A stretch of DNA of 64,000 nt from Euprymna scolopes (taxonomy: Eukaryota). The DNA is taken from assembly GCA_053919585.1 (NCBI GenBank), contig CM132790.1. One strand, 5' to 3'. This document shows positions 36,996 to 51,100 of this stretch, in pieces. Numbering within the stretch: position 1 is the first letter of the stretch; each line of letters starts with the position of its first letter. A program made the position numbers and the translations under genes. The notes beneath the pieces were generated by a model that was not told where the DNA came from, did not search any database, and saw only the letters and a program-made list of their open reading frames with translations.

Positions 36996-39900
36996 TGGTG
37001 ATCATATAAGTCACAGCTCTAAGTTCCCATACGTCTGTCTGCGTTTTTATCATAAAATCCTTCAACCCCACCAAGTCTTTTGGATTCTCCAAGCGAAAAT
37101 CTAATATACCTTGGATTATTTCGCCACATATTTCTTCCTCATCCAAGTATTGTTCTTTCAACAATTTTAGAGCCACTGGGTAACTGTCTTCGGAGACGGA
37201 CAAGTGGTCAATAAGTTGAAAGGCTCTACCCTCAAGAGAACACCTAAAAAAATATAGCTTTCAAAATCCCTTCCACTGAAATGTGGCCCTTTCAGTTTGA
37301 TTTTAAAAGGTTCTACTGAAAAGGAAGAATGTGCGGTTGGGTTGAAGGATTTGGTTGCTTCTGGGATACTAGTGGCTTCCTGACTATGAGGGTTGAAGGT
37401 TGGTTCAACGTTGGTGGACATCCTATCTTCTATAGGGACCTCTGAAGTATTTCCTTCACTGACTGTCCGTACAACTCCCAGTCTCTGTCGTACCTCTCTC
37501 TTAAATCTAAACGAAGCTTGAAAAAGTTCAGCAAGCGATTCAGCTTCCTCTTCTGCAGCCAGTTGCTCCTCCATACTCCAAGACACACCCTCTAGCTCCT
37601 CTAGCCATCCTTCTATATCCTTTTCAAAGGATAAAAACACATTCAAGGATAGAGGTTCTTCTTCCATACCCACCACAGTCGCCCTTATTTTTCTTTGAAG
37701 AAGGGATAGCCTTCTCTCTAGTTCCCTCCGAGTAATAGGGTCGTTCATATTTTTTTTTTTTCTTTTGTGTTACGTTGCAAAGTGTCGGATTTTAACCGAC
37801 TGAAGGGGGGGGGGCGTTTCTGCAACTCAACGGCTAAACCTGAACTCGACGTAGAAGGAAAAAACAATGAAACTCTTAACTTGTGTGGAGAATCCTTCTC
37901 GGCTTTTCTCGGCTAACTGGAGTTGCAACGTATTACCTCGTTGCTTACAACGACAAATTGTCTTTGTAATAGTAACTGTGAAACGTGTAACTTGACTAAA
38001 CAAAAAAGTCCAACTAACACATCAACGATAGGGGTGTTTTATAATCCACAAGCTGATGCTATGCAAAGTTCAGTCCAACCCACGTGGTGGACAACAAACT
38101 ACTGCTACTACTATAAAATCAGTTGACCAAGCACTTTTTTAAACCTTTTGCTTGAACGACTGCCTCCCAGAATTCCACTGCCTCCCCCCTCCACATCGAG
38201 TTCCGGTCAGTAATAATTACCACACATTCCCATATCAAAAAAAAAAGAAAAACGAAAAAAAGAAAAATGTCTTTTACGGGATGTGAGATAGGGAAAAGAG
38301 ACGGGAATTCATCTTTTAGTTACAGTTTTTAAGGTCTTGCCTGAGACCTTCGCCTGAAATTTCTGGTTCTTTTTAGACCCCTAACAAACTGGGTCTACCC
38401 CGACGCCTTGGTCTGCAAGTTGGACAATATCATTGTTCTTCTTGGGGTGCATCTACCAGGCCCACACAACCAAAGTGGAACCAGTCATTACACTGATCAC
38501 AAGCCACCATTGGTCTGAAATCTTCTGGTTTATCATATGCAGGGCAAATCCAGATTCTAACACTCTCATCAGGTCGGACGATATATTTTTATCTGGCACA
38601 TCCTCTGGTTCATGAAGAATTTCATTATCCACATTTTCAGAAAGAGAATTAATCTCCAGAGGAAATAAATGGTTGATTGAATGGGTTAATGTAGCTCCAT
38701 TTCCTTTTCTCACTCTTGCTGAACGAACCAACCCATCCTTTCCTTCAATCAACTCCAGGACTTCACCTATAGACCAAAATGGTCTAGTTTTAAGAGGGTC
38801 CTTTATTAACACTATGTCACCCTTTTTGATGGCATTATCAAAGGAAGGGTCATAACTCAAGAGTTCTTTCTCTCAGGCTCAACAGGTAATCTTCGTGCCA
38901 CATCTTTCTAAACTTTTCTAAACTTTCTTCATGAAGACAGAGCGTTCTCTTTAACTCGATCCTGCTAAGTGGCTCTGTTAGTCCCAGTTCTTCATTGTCC
39001 AATCTTATCATTAAACCTTGACCCACATTTGGATTCATGAGGGAGTTGGGAGTTAGGCAATCCATTTCATTAGAGCTTTTATAAGTCAGAGGACGACTGT
39101 TAATGGCACGCTGGATATCTGATAACATGGTTAATAAACCAAAATAGTCAACCTTTCCCTATTCCTATAGTTTTGTAGAGACAGGATTTAACTGTCTTGA
39201 TTGTCCTTTCCCAAGTACCTCCATACCAAGCTGAATAAAGTGAAATGGTACAATGCTTAAGGTGATAAGAACCAAACTTCTCCTTGAACTCATCAGTGAT
39301 CAATCCCTGATCAATTATTTTGGCTGCAGAAATGAAAGTCCTTGCGTTGTAAGAGTAGAGGTGAGAGGGGATTCCATTCGCATTTGTGAAACGAACAAAG
39401 GCCTGCAGGAATGAAGATACACTCATATCTGGGACTAGTTCTATGTGAACCGCTCTGATAGCCATGCACGTGAAGATGAGGATATACATTTTATAGTCCT
39501 TCACTTCTCCCTTAACCCAGATGTGACTGGTGTAATCCACACCGGTATGGAGATATGGTCTTACTAAATTTACTCTAGAGCTAGGAAGGTCTGTTGCATT
39601 CGGTGTCGAGAAGGCAGTGGCATTGTATCTTTTGCACTTGGCACAAGTGCTCACAATTTTTTTAACAGCCTGTCTGGCTTGTGGTATCCAATATCCTTTT
39701 AACCTTATTTCATTTAAGGTTGTTGCCAAACCCAAATGTTGGTTTCTCTGATGAGTGTCCTTTATAATCAAATCGGTTAAATGGTGTCTTTTTCCTAAAA
39801 GAATTGGATTTTGCACCTCATAGGAATGCCATTCCGAGCCACCTATCCTTCCTCTTGAACGAATGATATTGGAGGGATCCAGGAATAGGTTTAAGTTTTT

Positions 39901-42900
39901 CACTAATTTTGGTGGACTCTTACCTTCAGGATCCAACAAAAAATCCAACTCTGTGGCAAAAGATTCCCCTTGCATCAACTTTATCAAATAGATTTTTGCC
40001 AGAAGGTGATTGTCCTCACTTCTCTTCAACGTTTTGTTGACAAACTTAAAAACCAAAGTCATTACATTAACTAATCTGTTGAAGTTGGAAAATCTTTCTA
40101 CAGAAACTATAGGGGAACTTTCATTGTGTCTCGTAAACAAATTCATTGCAGGATGAATGCATTCCTTTTGTTCTTCCGAGAGACAACCTAACTCGAGCTT
40201 GTTCTACCGAATTTCTTCCTGCTTTATCCATGCAGGGCCTTCATACCAATAGGAAAGGTGTTCCTGAAATTTTTTAAAGGAAAGTCCTCTTGTGATGTAG
40301 TCGGCTGGGTTCTCCTTAGTTGGCACGTATTGGAAACTCAATTCCAACTTTATCTCTGACCTGATTGTTGCAGACATTTGCGTTATATCTTGCAGCCTGT
40401 TGCGCGCAAAGATGTTTTTTGTGGTTATCGACTTTGATAGTATCCAAGCCAATACCACTTGAGCGTCCATTAGAACATATACTTTTTCTATCAGGGAATT
40501 CTTCAAGGCTTCCTTTATAAAGGGAAAACATTTCAATGCTAGAAACACTGACAAAAGCTCCAAAGTGGGTAGAGATTTACCTTTTAAGGGTGCTACTTTT
40601 GCTTTAGCAAACACCAGTGCAGACTGTCCATCATGTACAGTATATGCTGAAAAGCCGTATGCATTTTTGGAGGCATCACAAAATAGGAATAATTTTAGGG
40701 GCTTATTGTCATCTAGGACTCTCCTTGGAAATGATACAGAGCCCAATTCTGTTAAGTCCTTTGCCAGAGCTTTCCAGGGTTTCTTTTACTCTTCTGAAAC
40801 TTCATCATCCCAATCCAACTTTTGCTTCCAAAGTTCTCCTATCAGCATTCTGCTCCTTACTGTCACTGGAAGATATAGGGACAAGGGATCAAATATTTTG
40901 GAAGCTTCAGACAGCATTTTCCTTTTTGTTGATGCGGTTACATCGCATTGGTGCGAACAGACCTTCATAGTATCATGTTGAGGGTTGTACAAATATCCTA
41001 AAACTTTCTCCACACCAGAATCAAAACCTGACAGTTCCATCTGCTGCCATTTTTTCTTGTAACACTGCACTGTTCGAGTTACAGGATTGTATCTCAAAGT
41101 TACCCTCTTGCAGTCGTTCCTTCACCGCTGAGTATAACGTAGATAGAGTATCTACATCATTTCCTGTTTTCACCAAATTGTCCACATAAAAGTTTGACCT
41201 GAGTACTTGGGAACATTCATCTGCAGGAAATTTTTCTGCATGATATTTTAAGACATAATTTAATATAAATGGACTTGCATTGAAACTGAATAAGATGGTA
41301 GAGTATCTGTAACAATGCAAGTTGTCGCCTTTTTTCAAGAAGAAACAAAAACGATTGCGGTCCTTTTCTAGCTCTAGACGAATCATAAGGAATGCTTTCC
41401 TTATGTCGGCCAATAGTACATATTTGTTGGTCCTAAAGCGAATCAACAGTTCTAACATGTCTCCCATTAGGTTGACTCCTGGATAGGCTGCCTCATTCAA
41501 AGATGTAGCATTTGCCCCCTTGTAGGAACAATTGAACACAGGTCTCACCTTCGTGGTCGTCTGATCAGCCGGTCTGTGCGGAATCCATATGTACTTTTGA
41601 AAGTCTTCTGGAGTCACTGTTATTTCCTCTATAATCCCTTCGTCTTCCTGTTGTCTAAAGACGTCTACGTATTGGTCATAGAGGCCTTTCTTCTCCAGGT
41701 CTTTAACTACTCTTTCCAGTATTCTAAGAGCAGCATTGTGGTTAGAAGGCACAGACTTCACTTTGTCTTCATACCATGGCAGCTGTACATGGTATCGGCC
41801 ATCTTTGTAGGATATAGTGTTCCTAAACTTTTGTACCATCTCTTCATCCACGGTGGAGAATTCCTCTGTGATAGGTAACCCTAGTGACTCCATGCTAAAC
41901 ATGTTTTCTAGTCCTCTCTGGACGTTTCCTTCTTCAAACCAAGCTTTTAACGGGTCTGGGTATTTCTCCTCTGGATTCAGCACAAAATTAATTTTGTACT
42001 CCGAAAGTGGAGGTGTTTTGTCCAACAAGGAGGTATAATTAATTTTTTGCCCCTCTCTTTACTTTGTGTCTTGGTTTTAACTGATTCTCATACATGAAGC
42101 AACGGCTGTTACCAAAGGGTACAAGTCCTCTCGGTGTGGAAAAAGTGGCTCCATACATGCAGGGAACGATTTCAAATGGTTCTATTAATTGAATGGCGTC
42201 AACTCCCAACACCCCCTCAATTTTAATATAACTGTCCCGGGAATTGTACTTAGCTTAGTTGTTAACTGATGTTGTTTCAGGTTTTTAATTATCTGCGGAA
42301 GCTCCAGTAACTCATGCGAAAGATTCAAATTACTGGACAGAATTTGAAGAGTGTGAACTTTCTCAGGGATAAGTCTTAACTCCACTGTGGCCTCTTTAAA
42401 AGGTCTTGTCTCTGAGCCCAAAAAGGTTTTCACTTCCAACCTACTTTCTTTAGCTGTAGAAATGCAATTCAGTTTTTCCAGCACAGAGGTATCCAAGTAG
42501 GTCCTTTGGCTTCCGGTGTCCAGGAGACAATTTATTTCCAACTGGCTATTTCCCTTTCCTACTACTATGTTGATTACAGGAGACATGAAACCATAGCTGT
42601 AGTCATTCGTATGTACACAGGTGTCCACACGCACCTTGCCTCTCTTGTCTGGGCACATTGCTGTCACGTGGCCCTTAACAGTGCAGCTGATACAGCTACT
42701 ATTTTTAGCTGTTCTCAAAGGGCACATTGCTCCCCTATGTGTCTTTTTTAGGCATCTAAAACACAGCCAAAGTTCTTTGCACCTTGTAATCCGGGCTTCA
42801 TGGGAGGTGTAGCAGGGACAATTTTCCGAAGAATGTTCGTGCTTTTTACAAAACTCACATTTTTGTGGTTTTGATTCCACTTTGGCATTGAAAGCCTTCA

Positions 42901-43244
42901 GGGAGGAATGTGATTCTTCTTCACTTTCTTTCCTAAGTCTAGGTGGGGGTCTCAGCTTGGTCACAGGGTGCTGTTCAGGTTTTCTAATAATCAAAAAACG
43001 CTTAATAATTTCTGGTGTCTTCAACAGAATTATTGATAATGTTGGATAGGTTTTTCCAGAAATCCTGATCAGTTCATTTTTTATGTTGGATGGTAATTTT
43101 GCAAACAATACCTGAGAAATTATTATGGCACCTGCCGACTGGTGATCATATAAGTCACAGCTCTAAGTTCCCATACGTCTGTCTGCGTTTTTATCATAAA
43201 ATCCTTCAACCCCATGTTGAGAATAACAATGGCTGACACTAAAA

Positions 43245-43283
43245 GGTTATGGGCCCAGCACGCTTCCACTGCGCCACTCTGCT
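43245..43283 (-). other. 39-nt 5' half of initiator tRNA-Met at the Copia PBS (copy 2)
   Basis: Identical to 36789-36827. Confidence 0.93.
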
Positions 43284-43429
43284 GAAACACCCGGAGTCAG
43301 ACAGTTTAGAGCCGGCAGAAGAGAGGTCGGTTTCCCAAAGGTATAAACTTTCTGATAGAGTGGAATCGTTCAGACTAGAAACGTCGTTATTAGAATAAGA
43401 AATCCCAACGATGCCGGTTATATGATACG

Positions 43430-46306
43430 TTGTATGTTCCCAAATTGTCATACAATTTGTTAAGTGTTTCCAGAGCTACTAAATCTGGAAAAACTTGTAT
43501 TTTTGATAATGTGGGATGTCAAATACTGGACAAGAGACAGAAAATAGTGGCTACAGGTGCAAAAATTGGAGGAATTTTTTATTTAAACTGCAGTTAGGTG
43601 AATGAAGAAACCCATGCAGCAAACTCCTGCCTAGGTAGTAGTACAAAAGAAGATATTTGGCACAGACGTTTTGGCCACCTTGGAGAAAGGAATTTGCAAA
43701 AATTTGTAAGGGACCAACTCGTAACTGGCCTTGACTATGATGTTACCAGCTATATCAACTTTTGTGAACCTTGCGTAGATGGAAAACATCATCGTTCCTC
43801 ATTTCCAAAATCTGGTGGAAAGCGAGCTACTCAACTCCTAGGACTTGTGCATAGCGATGTCTGTGGAAGGATAGAGGCAAAATCGCTTGGTGGAGCTGAA
43901 TACTTCTTAATATTTATCGATGATAAATCAAGATTTGTTTGGATATATGTGCTCAAACACAAAAACGAGGTTTTTAAAAAGTTCCTGGAATGGAAAACCA
44001 TGGTGGAAAAATTAACTAGGCATAATATTAAAGCCCTACGCACTGATAATGGTGGAGAATACACTTCAAGAGAATTTGAAGATTATTTAAGAGGGGATGG
44101 TATTCGACATGAATATACTGTTCCCAAAACTCCAGAGCAAAATGGAGTAGCCGAAAGAATGAATCGGACATTGGTGGAAACAGTGCTATCAATGTTATCG
44201 GATTCAAAGCTCCCTAAGAAATTTTGGGCAGAGGCTTTATCCACTGCTTCATATATTCGAAACCGAAGCCCAACAAATGCTGTGCAGGGTATGACGCCAT
44301 ATGAAGTATTGAAGGGTCACAAACCTAATGTGAAAAATTTACGCATTTTTGGATGTGAAGCTTTTGTCCACGTACCAAAGGATGAAAGATGTAAAATGGA
44401 TTCGAAAGCAAAGAAAAGCATATTTCTTGGTTATGGTATTGGAGTAAAGGGATACAGACTCTATGATACCAGAAAATCTAGAGTATTCCATAGCAGAGAT
44501 GTCAAATTCAATGAATCAGGTTCAATAGCTGAACAGGAGGAAAAGGAATTAACAAACCCATCTCGAGTAGAAATTGAATATCAAGACAGCTATGATGATG
44601 ATGATGACAACTTGCAGGAGGTAGAAGGACCTAGTGAAACCTCACAGGAAACAGTACCTCAAAGATCATCGAGAATTAAGAAAACTCCAGATCGATATGG
44701 CGAATGGGTCTACATAGCTCATAGTTTAAATGATCCATTGACAATGAAAGAAGCACTTTCCAGTCCTGAGAAAAATGAATGGATGAAAGCAATGAAAAGT
44801 GAAATTTCCTCCTTACATACTAATAAAGTATGGGATCTTACGGAATTGCCTAGTGGACGAAAAGCTATTGGTAGCAAGTGGGTATTTAAACGGAAGTATG
44901 ATGCTGATGGAAACATAGAGCATTATAAAGCTCGACTGGTAGCTCAAGGTTTTCTTCAGAAGCAAGGAATTGATTATGACGAGACCTTTTCCCCAGTTGT
45001 CAGATTTGAATCGGTGCGAACTGTTATTGCATTAGCAGCACAGCATGACCTGAAGCTACATCAATTGGACATAACCACTGCATTCCTAAATGGTGAACTT
45101 AAGGAAGAAATCTACATGAAGCAATCTGAAGGATTTAAAGTTGAAGGAAAGGAACATCTTGTTTGTAAACTGAAGCGAAGCATTTATGGCTTGAAACAAT
45201 CACCGAAATGTTGGAACGAAACATTGGATTTTCAGCTGAAAAAGATGAACTTCAAGCAGTTGGAGAATGATCCCTGTATCTACATACAATCTTCAGGAGG
45301 AGAAATCTTTATAGTTTCTGTTTATGTTGATGATATCATTGTGGCAAGCGAATCCCCGACTCGTATTCAAGATTTTGTGAAAACTATATCGAAAATTTTC
45401 AAAATCAAGGACATGGGAAAACTGCATCATTTTTTAGGTGTTAAGTTTGTTTATCCTGAATCAGGGAAAATATGGATTGGACAACCTGCATATACAGCAG
45501 AAGTCTTGAAAAAATTCCAAATGGAAAATTCAAAACCTATATCAACTCCAATTGATATTGGGGCAAAATTAACGAAGGCAACTGAAGTAAGTAAGCTGGT
45601 TAACAAAGAGTTGTATCAATCCGCAGTTGGAAGCCTACTGTATTTGTCAACAAGGACGCGACCTGATATTGCCTATGCTGTCGGAAATGTTGCAAGATTT
45701 TGCTCTCAGCCTACGATGGAACACTGGAAGTCTGTAAAACATATCTTCCGTTACTTAAATGGTACACGAGGGTACGGTTTATTGTATGACAAGGAGAAAG
45801 CTACCAATCTCCTGGGGTACTCAGATGCAGACTGGGCTGGTGATTTAGATGATCATAGATCAACATCTGGTTATTTGTTTACACTAAGTGGAGCAGCTGT
45901 GAGCTGGAGAAGTAAAAGGCAAACCTGTGTTGCATTATCAACAGCTGAAGCTGAATACATGGCATTAGCAAGTGCGGCACAAGAGGCTGTTTGGATGCAG
46001 CACCTTCAAGGTGCTTTATTAGGAACTTAAGTTACACCAACACTTATCTACGAGGATAATCAGTCAACGATATGTATGGCAAAGAATCCACAGCATCATG
46101 GAAGGGCCAAACATGTTGATATTAAATTCCACTATATTCGAGAGCAGGTGAAAAAGAAAACAGTTAAACTGGAATACTGTCAGAGTAAAGAAATGGTAGC
46201 AGACATACTGACAAAAGGACTTGCGAGTACACAGTTTGTGAAGCTCGGAATTGTTAGGTGTCAAAGAGCTGGAAATTTAGGGTCAGCAATTGAGGAGGAG
46301 TGTTGA
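43430..46306 (+). pseudogene. Copia Pol (IN-RT-RNase H); 810-aa open stretch 43598-46030 bounded by premature stops
   Basis: WHRRFGH…CEPC, HSDVCG, RTDNGGEY, QNGVAER, YKARLVAQG, YVDD, YSDADWAG, KHVDIKFH. Confidence 0.95.
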
Positions 46307-47995
46307 GAATAACAATGGCTGACACTAAATAAGAGTTATCTCCTCTTTAAACGTAAGGTAGGGATTATCTCCCTTCCTTTTTATGTACTATAAAAAGTGT
46401 AAATAAAAGCGAATACATTAGAACGTATTTTTTGACTACGAAAAACTGTCTTTGGTTGTTTACTTGGAGAACAAATTTGCGAGGTAATGTATCATTGTTT
46501 TAAAAACTGTAATTCCTTTTTCAACACCCCACCAAGTCTTTTGGATTCTCCAAGCGAAAATCTAATATACCTTGGATTATTTCGCCACATATTTCTTCCT
46601 CATCCAAGTATTGTTCTTTCAACAATTTTAGAGCCACTGGGTAACTGTCTTTGGAGACGGACAAGTGGTCAATAAGTTGAAAGGCTCTACCCTCAAGAGA
46701 ACACCTCAAAAAATATAGCTTTCAGTTTGATTTTAAAAGGTTCTACTGAAAAGGAAGAATGTGCGTTGGGTTGAAGGATTTGGTTGCTTCTGGGATACTA
46801 GTGGCTTCCTGACTATGAGGGTTGAAGGTTGGTTCAACGTTGGTGGACATCCTATCTTCTATAGGGACCTCTGAAGTATTTCCTTCACTGACTGTTCGTA
46901 CAACTCCCAGTCTCTGTCGTACCTCTCTCTTAAATCTAAACGAAGCTTGAAAAAGTTCAGCAAGCGATTCAGCTTCCTCTTCTGCAGCCAGTTGCTCCTC
47001 CATACTCCAAGACACACCCTCTAGCTCCTCTAGCCATCCTTCTATATCCTTTTCAAAGGATAAAAACACATTCAAGGATAGAGGTTCTTCTTCCATACCC
47101 ACCACAGTCGCCCTTATTTTTCTTTGAAGAAGGGATAGCCTTCTCTCTAGTTCCCTCCGAGTAATAGGGTCGTTCATATTTTTTTTTTCTTTTGTGTTAC
47201 GTTGCAAAGTGTCGGATTTTAACCGACTGAAGGGGGGGGGCGTTTCTGCAACTCAACGGCTAAACCTGAACTCGACGTAGAAGGAAAAAACAATGAAACT
47301 CTTAACTTGTGTGGAGAATCCTTCTCGGCTTTTCTCGGCTAACTGGAGTTGCAACGTATTGCCTCGTTGCTTACAACGACAAATTCTCTTTGTAATAGTA
47401 ACTGTGAAACGTGTAACTTGACTAAACAAAAAAGTCCAACTAACATATCAACGATAGGGGTGTTTTATAACCCACAAGTTGATGCTATGCAAAGTTCAGT
47501 CCGACCCACGTGGTGGACAACAAACTACTGCTACTACTATAAAATCAGTCGACCAAGCACTTTTTTAAACCTTTTGCTTGAACGACTGCCTCCCAGAATT
47601 CCACTGCCTCCCCCCTCCACATCGAGTTCCGGTCAGTAATAATTACCACAATACTATTAAAAACCTGCCGAATATATGTCAACCTATGTCACGGTAACAT
47701 ATATTGAGCGAGTTTTTAACAGTATTTTATCCGGTTTTTTATTTATAACATCTTTTCCCACACTTACCGTGTTAAAGAGAGAATAAGACGCCATCTTGAA
47801 TGTTCTAATACATCGGTAAACACTGTATGTTTTTCGAGCTGAATAAATATGTTACATTGAATAAAAACACAAAAAATATATCCAGTTAGGTAGAAAAGTC
47901 ACTTATCTTGCCTTTGATAACATTTATTTGTTATATATTTGTTTTTTGACAACTTTTTCAAATCTATGTGTACAGTAATACAAACCCAAAGTTTC

Positions 47996-48104
47996 GTCGG
48001 CACGTGCACTGGCCCAGATGAGAAACGGGACGCTAAAACTCTGATTCCGTTGGTGCACTGGTGCACAAGTTTATCCTTCCGGGCTCAATAATTTTCAGTG
48101 ATTG
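47996..48104 (+). pseudogene. Merlin transposase piece 3
   Basis: KRDAKTLIPLVH/KFILPGSIIFSD (second catalytic D), with an 8-bp duplication causing a frameshift. Confidence 0.85.
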
Positions 48105-51100
48105 TGTCGATATTTCCTACCGACGAGTGGGGGGGGGGGAGGAGAAAAGACGTTTAGCTTGCAACGAAAAATTACCTCGTTGCTTACAAGCAAACGTATT
48201 CTTGTAAATATAACGCGCTGTTAACACTTGTCGTACCGCTCTGATAGATCTCTAACAACGACAAGAACAAACTGTTATTTAGCCTTTCGTCCCCGGCCTT
48301 GGCATTATCTACTGCCAAGGCCTCATTTGGGGTACGAAAAAGCTTAGGCACTAAGGCCAGTAAGGGGAAGTGGGGGAAAAAAGGGGTCTTTTCTAGTCCT
48401 TAGCTAGACTTGCGTCAGATAGCAAGTACTTTATTGTAAAACCTACACTAGAGTTTCTATCACGTACTGTTCGGCCTAACATTCTTACCAGAACCTACTT
48501 AAAATAACAGCTCCCCAGCTTACGGGATGGCAGGCGACATTCACGCTGTGAGGAAAAAGCATAAAAAAACCTATAACATTATTTACAAACTAAAGGTGTT
48601 TTTCTATTTTTATTTTTTTAATAATGGGGGCGAGATGATGGGGAGGGGGGCAAACTAGAATACACCCAAAAAGAAAGAAAAAGAAAACAAATGAACAAAA
48701 TGCCTATGGGGGCGGGTTAGTAAGGGGACCCTCCCTACCTAACGGCTGGTCTGTCGTATGAAACACCCACTGTCTTCCGGTCCTCTTCCCCCGGGGGAAA
48801 AAGGTGAAAGCAAGCAGGTCGTTTCCTAGAGGGGAGTGGAGGAACTAGGGACTTGTATGAAAAATAAATTAGGGTCGGGGATAACAGAGATGGATGGCGT
48901 CTTCCAAGATAAAATACGTAATGGGTAAAAACAGGCCTAGGACAAAATAAAACAAGTGGACTATTGGGCATCTCCTAGTGCCAATCTATCAAAAAATAAA
49001 AAGCTATGGGAACAGGATTGACACGCATACTACCCTAGCCTAGGCCCTATAAAAAGCACAAGCTATCCACTCTTGGTGATTACGTACCTATCTAGCCTTA
49101 AACCTACCCAACATTATAAGGTGAACCTTATATTGCTTGTCTTGATGGGGCTGGGTTCCAAGAAAAAAGAAACCTCAGCACCCTAGGATCAATACCACTA
49201 GGGTGGAAACACGAACTGAAATCTAGCGCCTCGTCAGATGCACAAACTAGTGTTGTGCACCCATCTCCTATCAAAGTCGATGCAGTGCAATCTTTTCCAA
49301 TCACATCTGATTTTCGTTTTAAGTTGATGCTTAAAACGAACTACCAGATCATGATCAGAAACAGATTGCTCCTCATAGACAATGTCCAGACGTGAAACCC
49401 ACGTCACTAACCTAGCCACCGCTAGGATCACCGCCCGTTTCTCCCTGTCAAACGGCAGATCCACATTGTTGACTACATACGCTAAATCAAGTGGCACCGA
49501 CCGCTCGGGGTCGATGCGAGCCATTACCCCTTTGACATACTCCCAGAGACTCCGCACCCCGCTGCAAAGAAAGAATGCGTGTTCTCTTGTTTCCTCCTCT
49601 TCTTCATCATTGCAGTGTGGGCACGGGGGATAGTAGTAACCCCTATCCCGATCATCCCTGGCTAGTTTGCCAAAGAGTGGCAGCGCGTCCTGGAGTAGCC
49701 TCCACGTGATAGAGAATTCTGCATTGTTAATATGGCTACTGGCAGGCGCCCAACTCCACAGCGAGAGAACTTCCCCCCTCGACAGATGTAGCCGCTCCAC
49801 CAGCGGGTCTTTTGCAGTCCCCACCACTAAATCCTCATATAGCCTCCACCTAGGCCGTGCAAGGTTACTGGACCCCGGCAATGCCCTAAGGGTGGGACGG
49901 CATTCGGTCAGGAAACACCTTTCCCCCACCGGTCTTCTGCGACCTTCAGTGGCAGGGTCGGATATGAGCCGTGGGAAAGCTTGCTCCACGACTGGTACCC
50001 AGGGCGTTTGCTCCATCAGTGTCCGACTCAGGAACGCCAATCTTTCTGCGTGCTTGTGACTTTGCAGATCAGGCATCCCTAAGCCTCCCTCGCTAAGCTT
50101 CTTTGGTTACCTGCCTCGGGATCGAGTCCTGGGCAAACCAGTGGTTAAACACGCCCGTCAGAAGGGGCACAAACATGGGCGACAGCCTCAAGAACAGTTC
50201 GTAAGGCAAACCATCGAGCCCCGGAGATTTGTTGCGGCCAACCTGCTTCAACGCAGTAATGACCTCATGCTCCGTAACCATCCCCTCGCAGCTAGCCGCT
50301 CGGGCCGCAGTAAGGCGGGGCGAGCCAGCTAAATAGCTGCCAAACTCCTGGCCGCGGAGTCTGGGTAGTTTGGTGAAGCACTCCTCCAAATGTTGCCGAA
50401 ACCCATTGCAGATCTCCCGTGCCGACACGAGAGAGCGCCCTCCCAGGTTTTTCACCTCCCGAATGTACCCATCCGAGCCGCGTCTTAGGGCGGCCCTACG
50501 CTCAACAGCGTCAACATTCACGGCTTCGTTGGAGACTCTTTCTAACCTAGCCCTAACTACGTGACTTTCATAACGCTCGCTAGCCAAGCGCTAAAGGTCC
50601 CCTTTAACTAGAGCTAGTTCTAGGGAGTCCCCCCCTGCCACCGCCCGGGTCAATCTATCCTCTAAGTGCCTTTTAGTCCCAGCCCTAGTTAACGCGAGGC
50701 ATTGGCTGTATTGGACACAAAAGCGCCTAATGGTAGCCTTAAGATTAACCCACCATCTACTCCCAGTAACTGCCCCCACTAACTCCCTCTGAATTAGTGA
50801 TATCAGCTGCTCCCGAAAGTCGACCGACTCCAATAAGGAGACGTTCATCTTCCAGTAGCCAGCCAACCTAGGCCTATTACCTAGTTTCAAACGGGCCAAC
50901 ACGAGTTTGTGGTCCGAATGACCTAACCAGTGGAACGTGGGACAAGATAGGAAATCTATATCGCCCCTTCTAATTAACATCCTGTCCAAGTATGTACTTG
51001 GACCGGCGGCCGAGCTAGATTGCCACATCCATATCTCCCTCCCTGGGTGATCCAGACGGAACCTATCGACCAGATCGCACGAGGCCATCAGGTCAGACAG

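Larger units (their letters stand above)
33283..37748 (-). pseudogene. BEL-2 left unit Gag-Pol (integrase deleted)
   Basis: ORF fragments nearly identical to the right unit, with the same stops and frameshifts. Confidence 0.92.
43215..46526 (+). mobile_element. Ty1/Copia LTR retrotransposon (gag/protease missing, 5' LTR internally deleted)
   Basis: TGTTG…CAACA LTR, PPT TGAGGAGGAG, 5-bp TSD CCCCA at 43210-14 and 46527-31. Confidence 0.95.
38373..47177 (-). pseudogene. BEL-2 right unit Gag-Pol with degenerate C-terminal PHD, interrupted by Copia
   Basis: Three CCHC knuckles, LLDTGS, FYVDN, FCDAS, integrase GVDYT…WER. PHD at 38373-38558 lies in a shifted frame. Confidence 0.93.
33042..47650 (-). 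mobile_element. BEL/Pao LTR retrotransposon 2, tandem two-unit array with three LTRs
   Basis: LTRs at 33042-~33238 (partial), 37783-38224 and 47210-47650. 4-bp TSD ATAC at 33038-41 and 47651-54. 33283-36560 duplicates 39937-43214 (offset 6654). Confidence 0.93.
32776..47987. mobile_element. Foldback MITE (~600 bp when BEL-2 is removed), probably non-autonomous Merlin type
   Basis: 32776-33041 is the near reverse complement of ~47720-47987. GGG…CCC ends. Perfect 8-bp TSD AAAGTTTC at 32768-75 and 47988-95. Confidence 0.92.
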
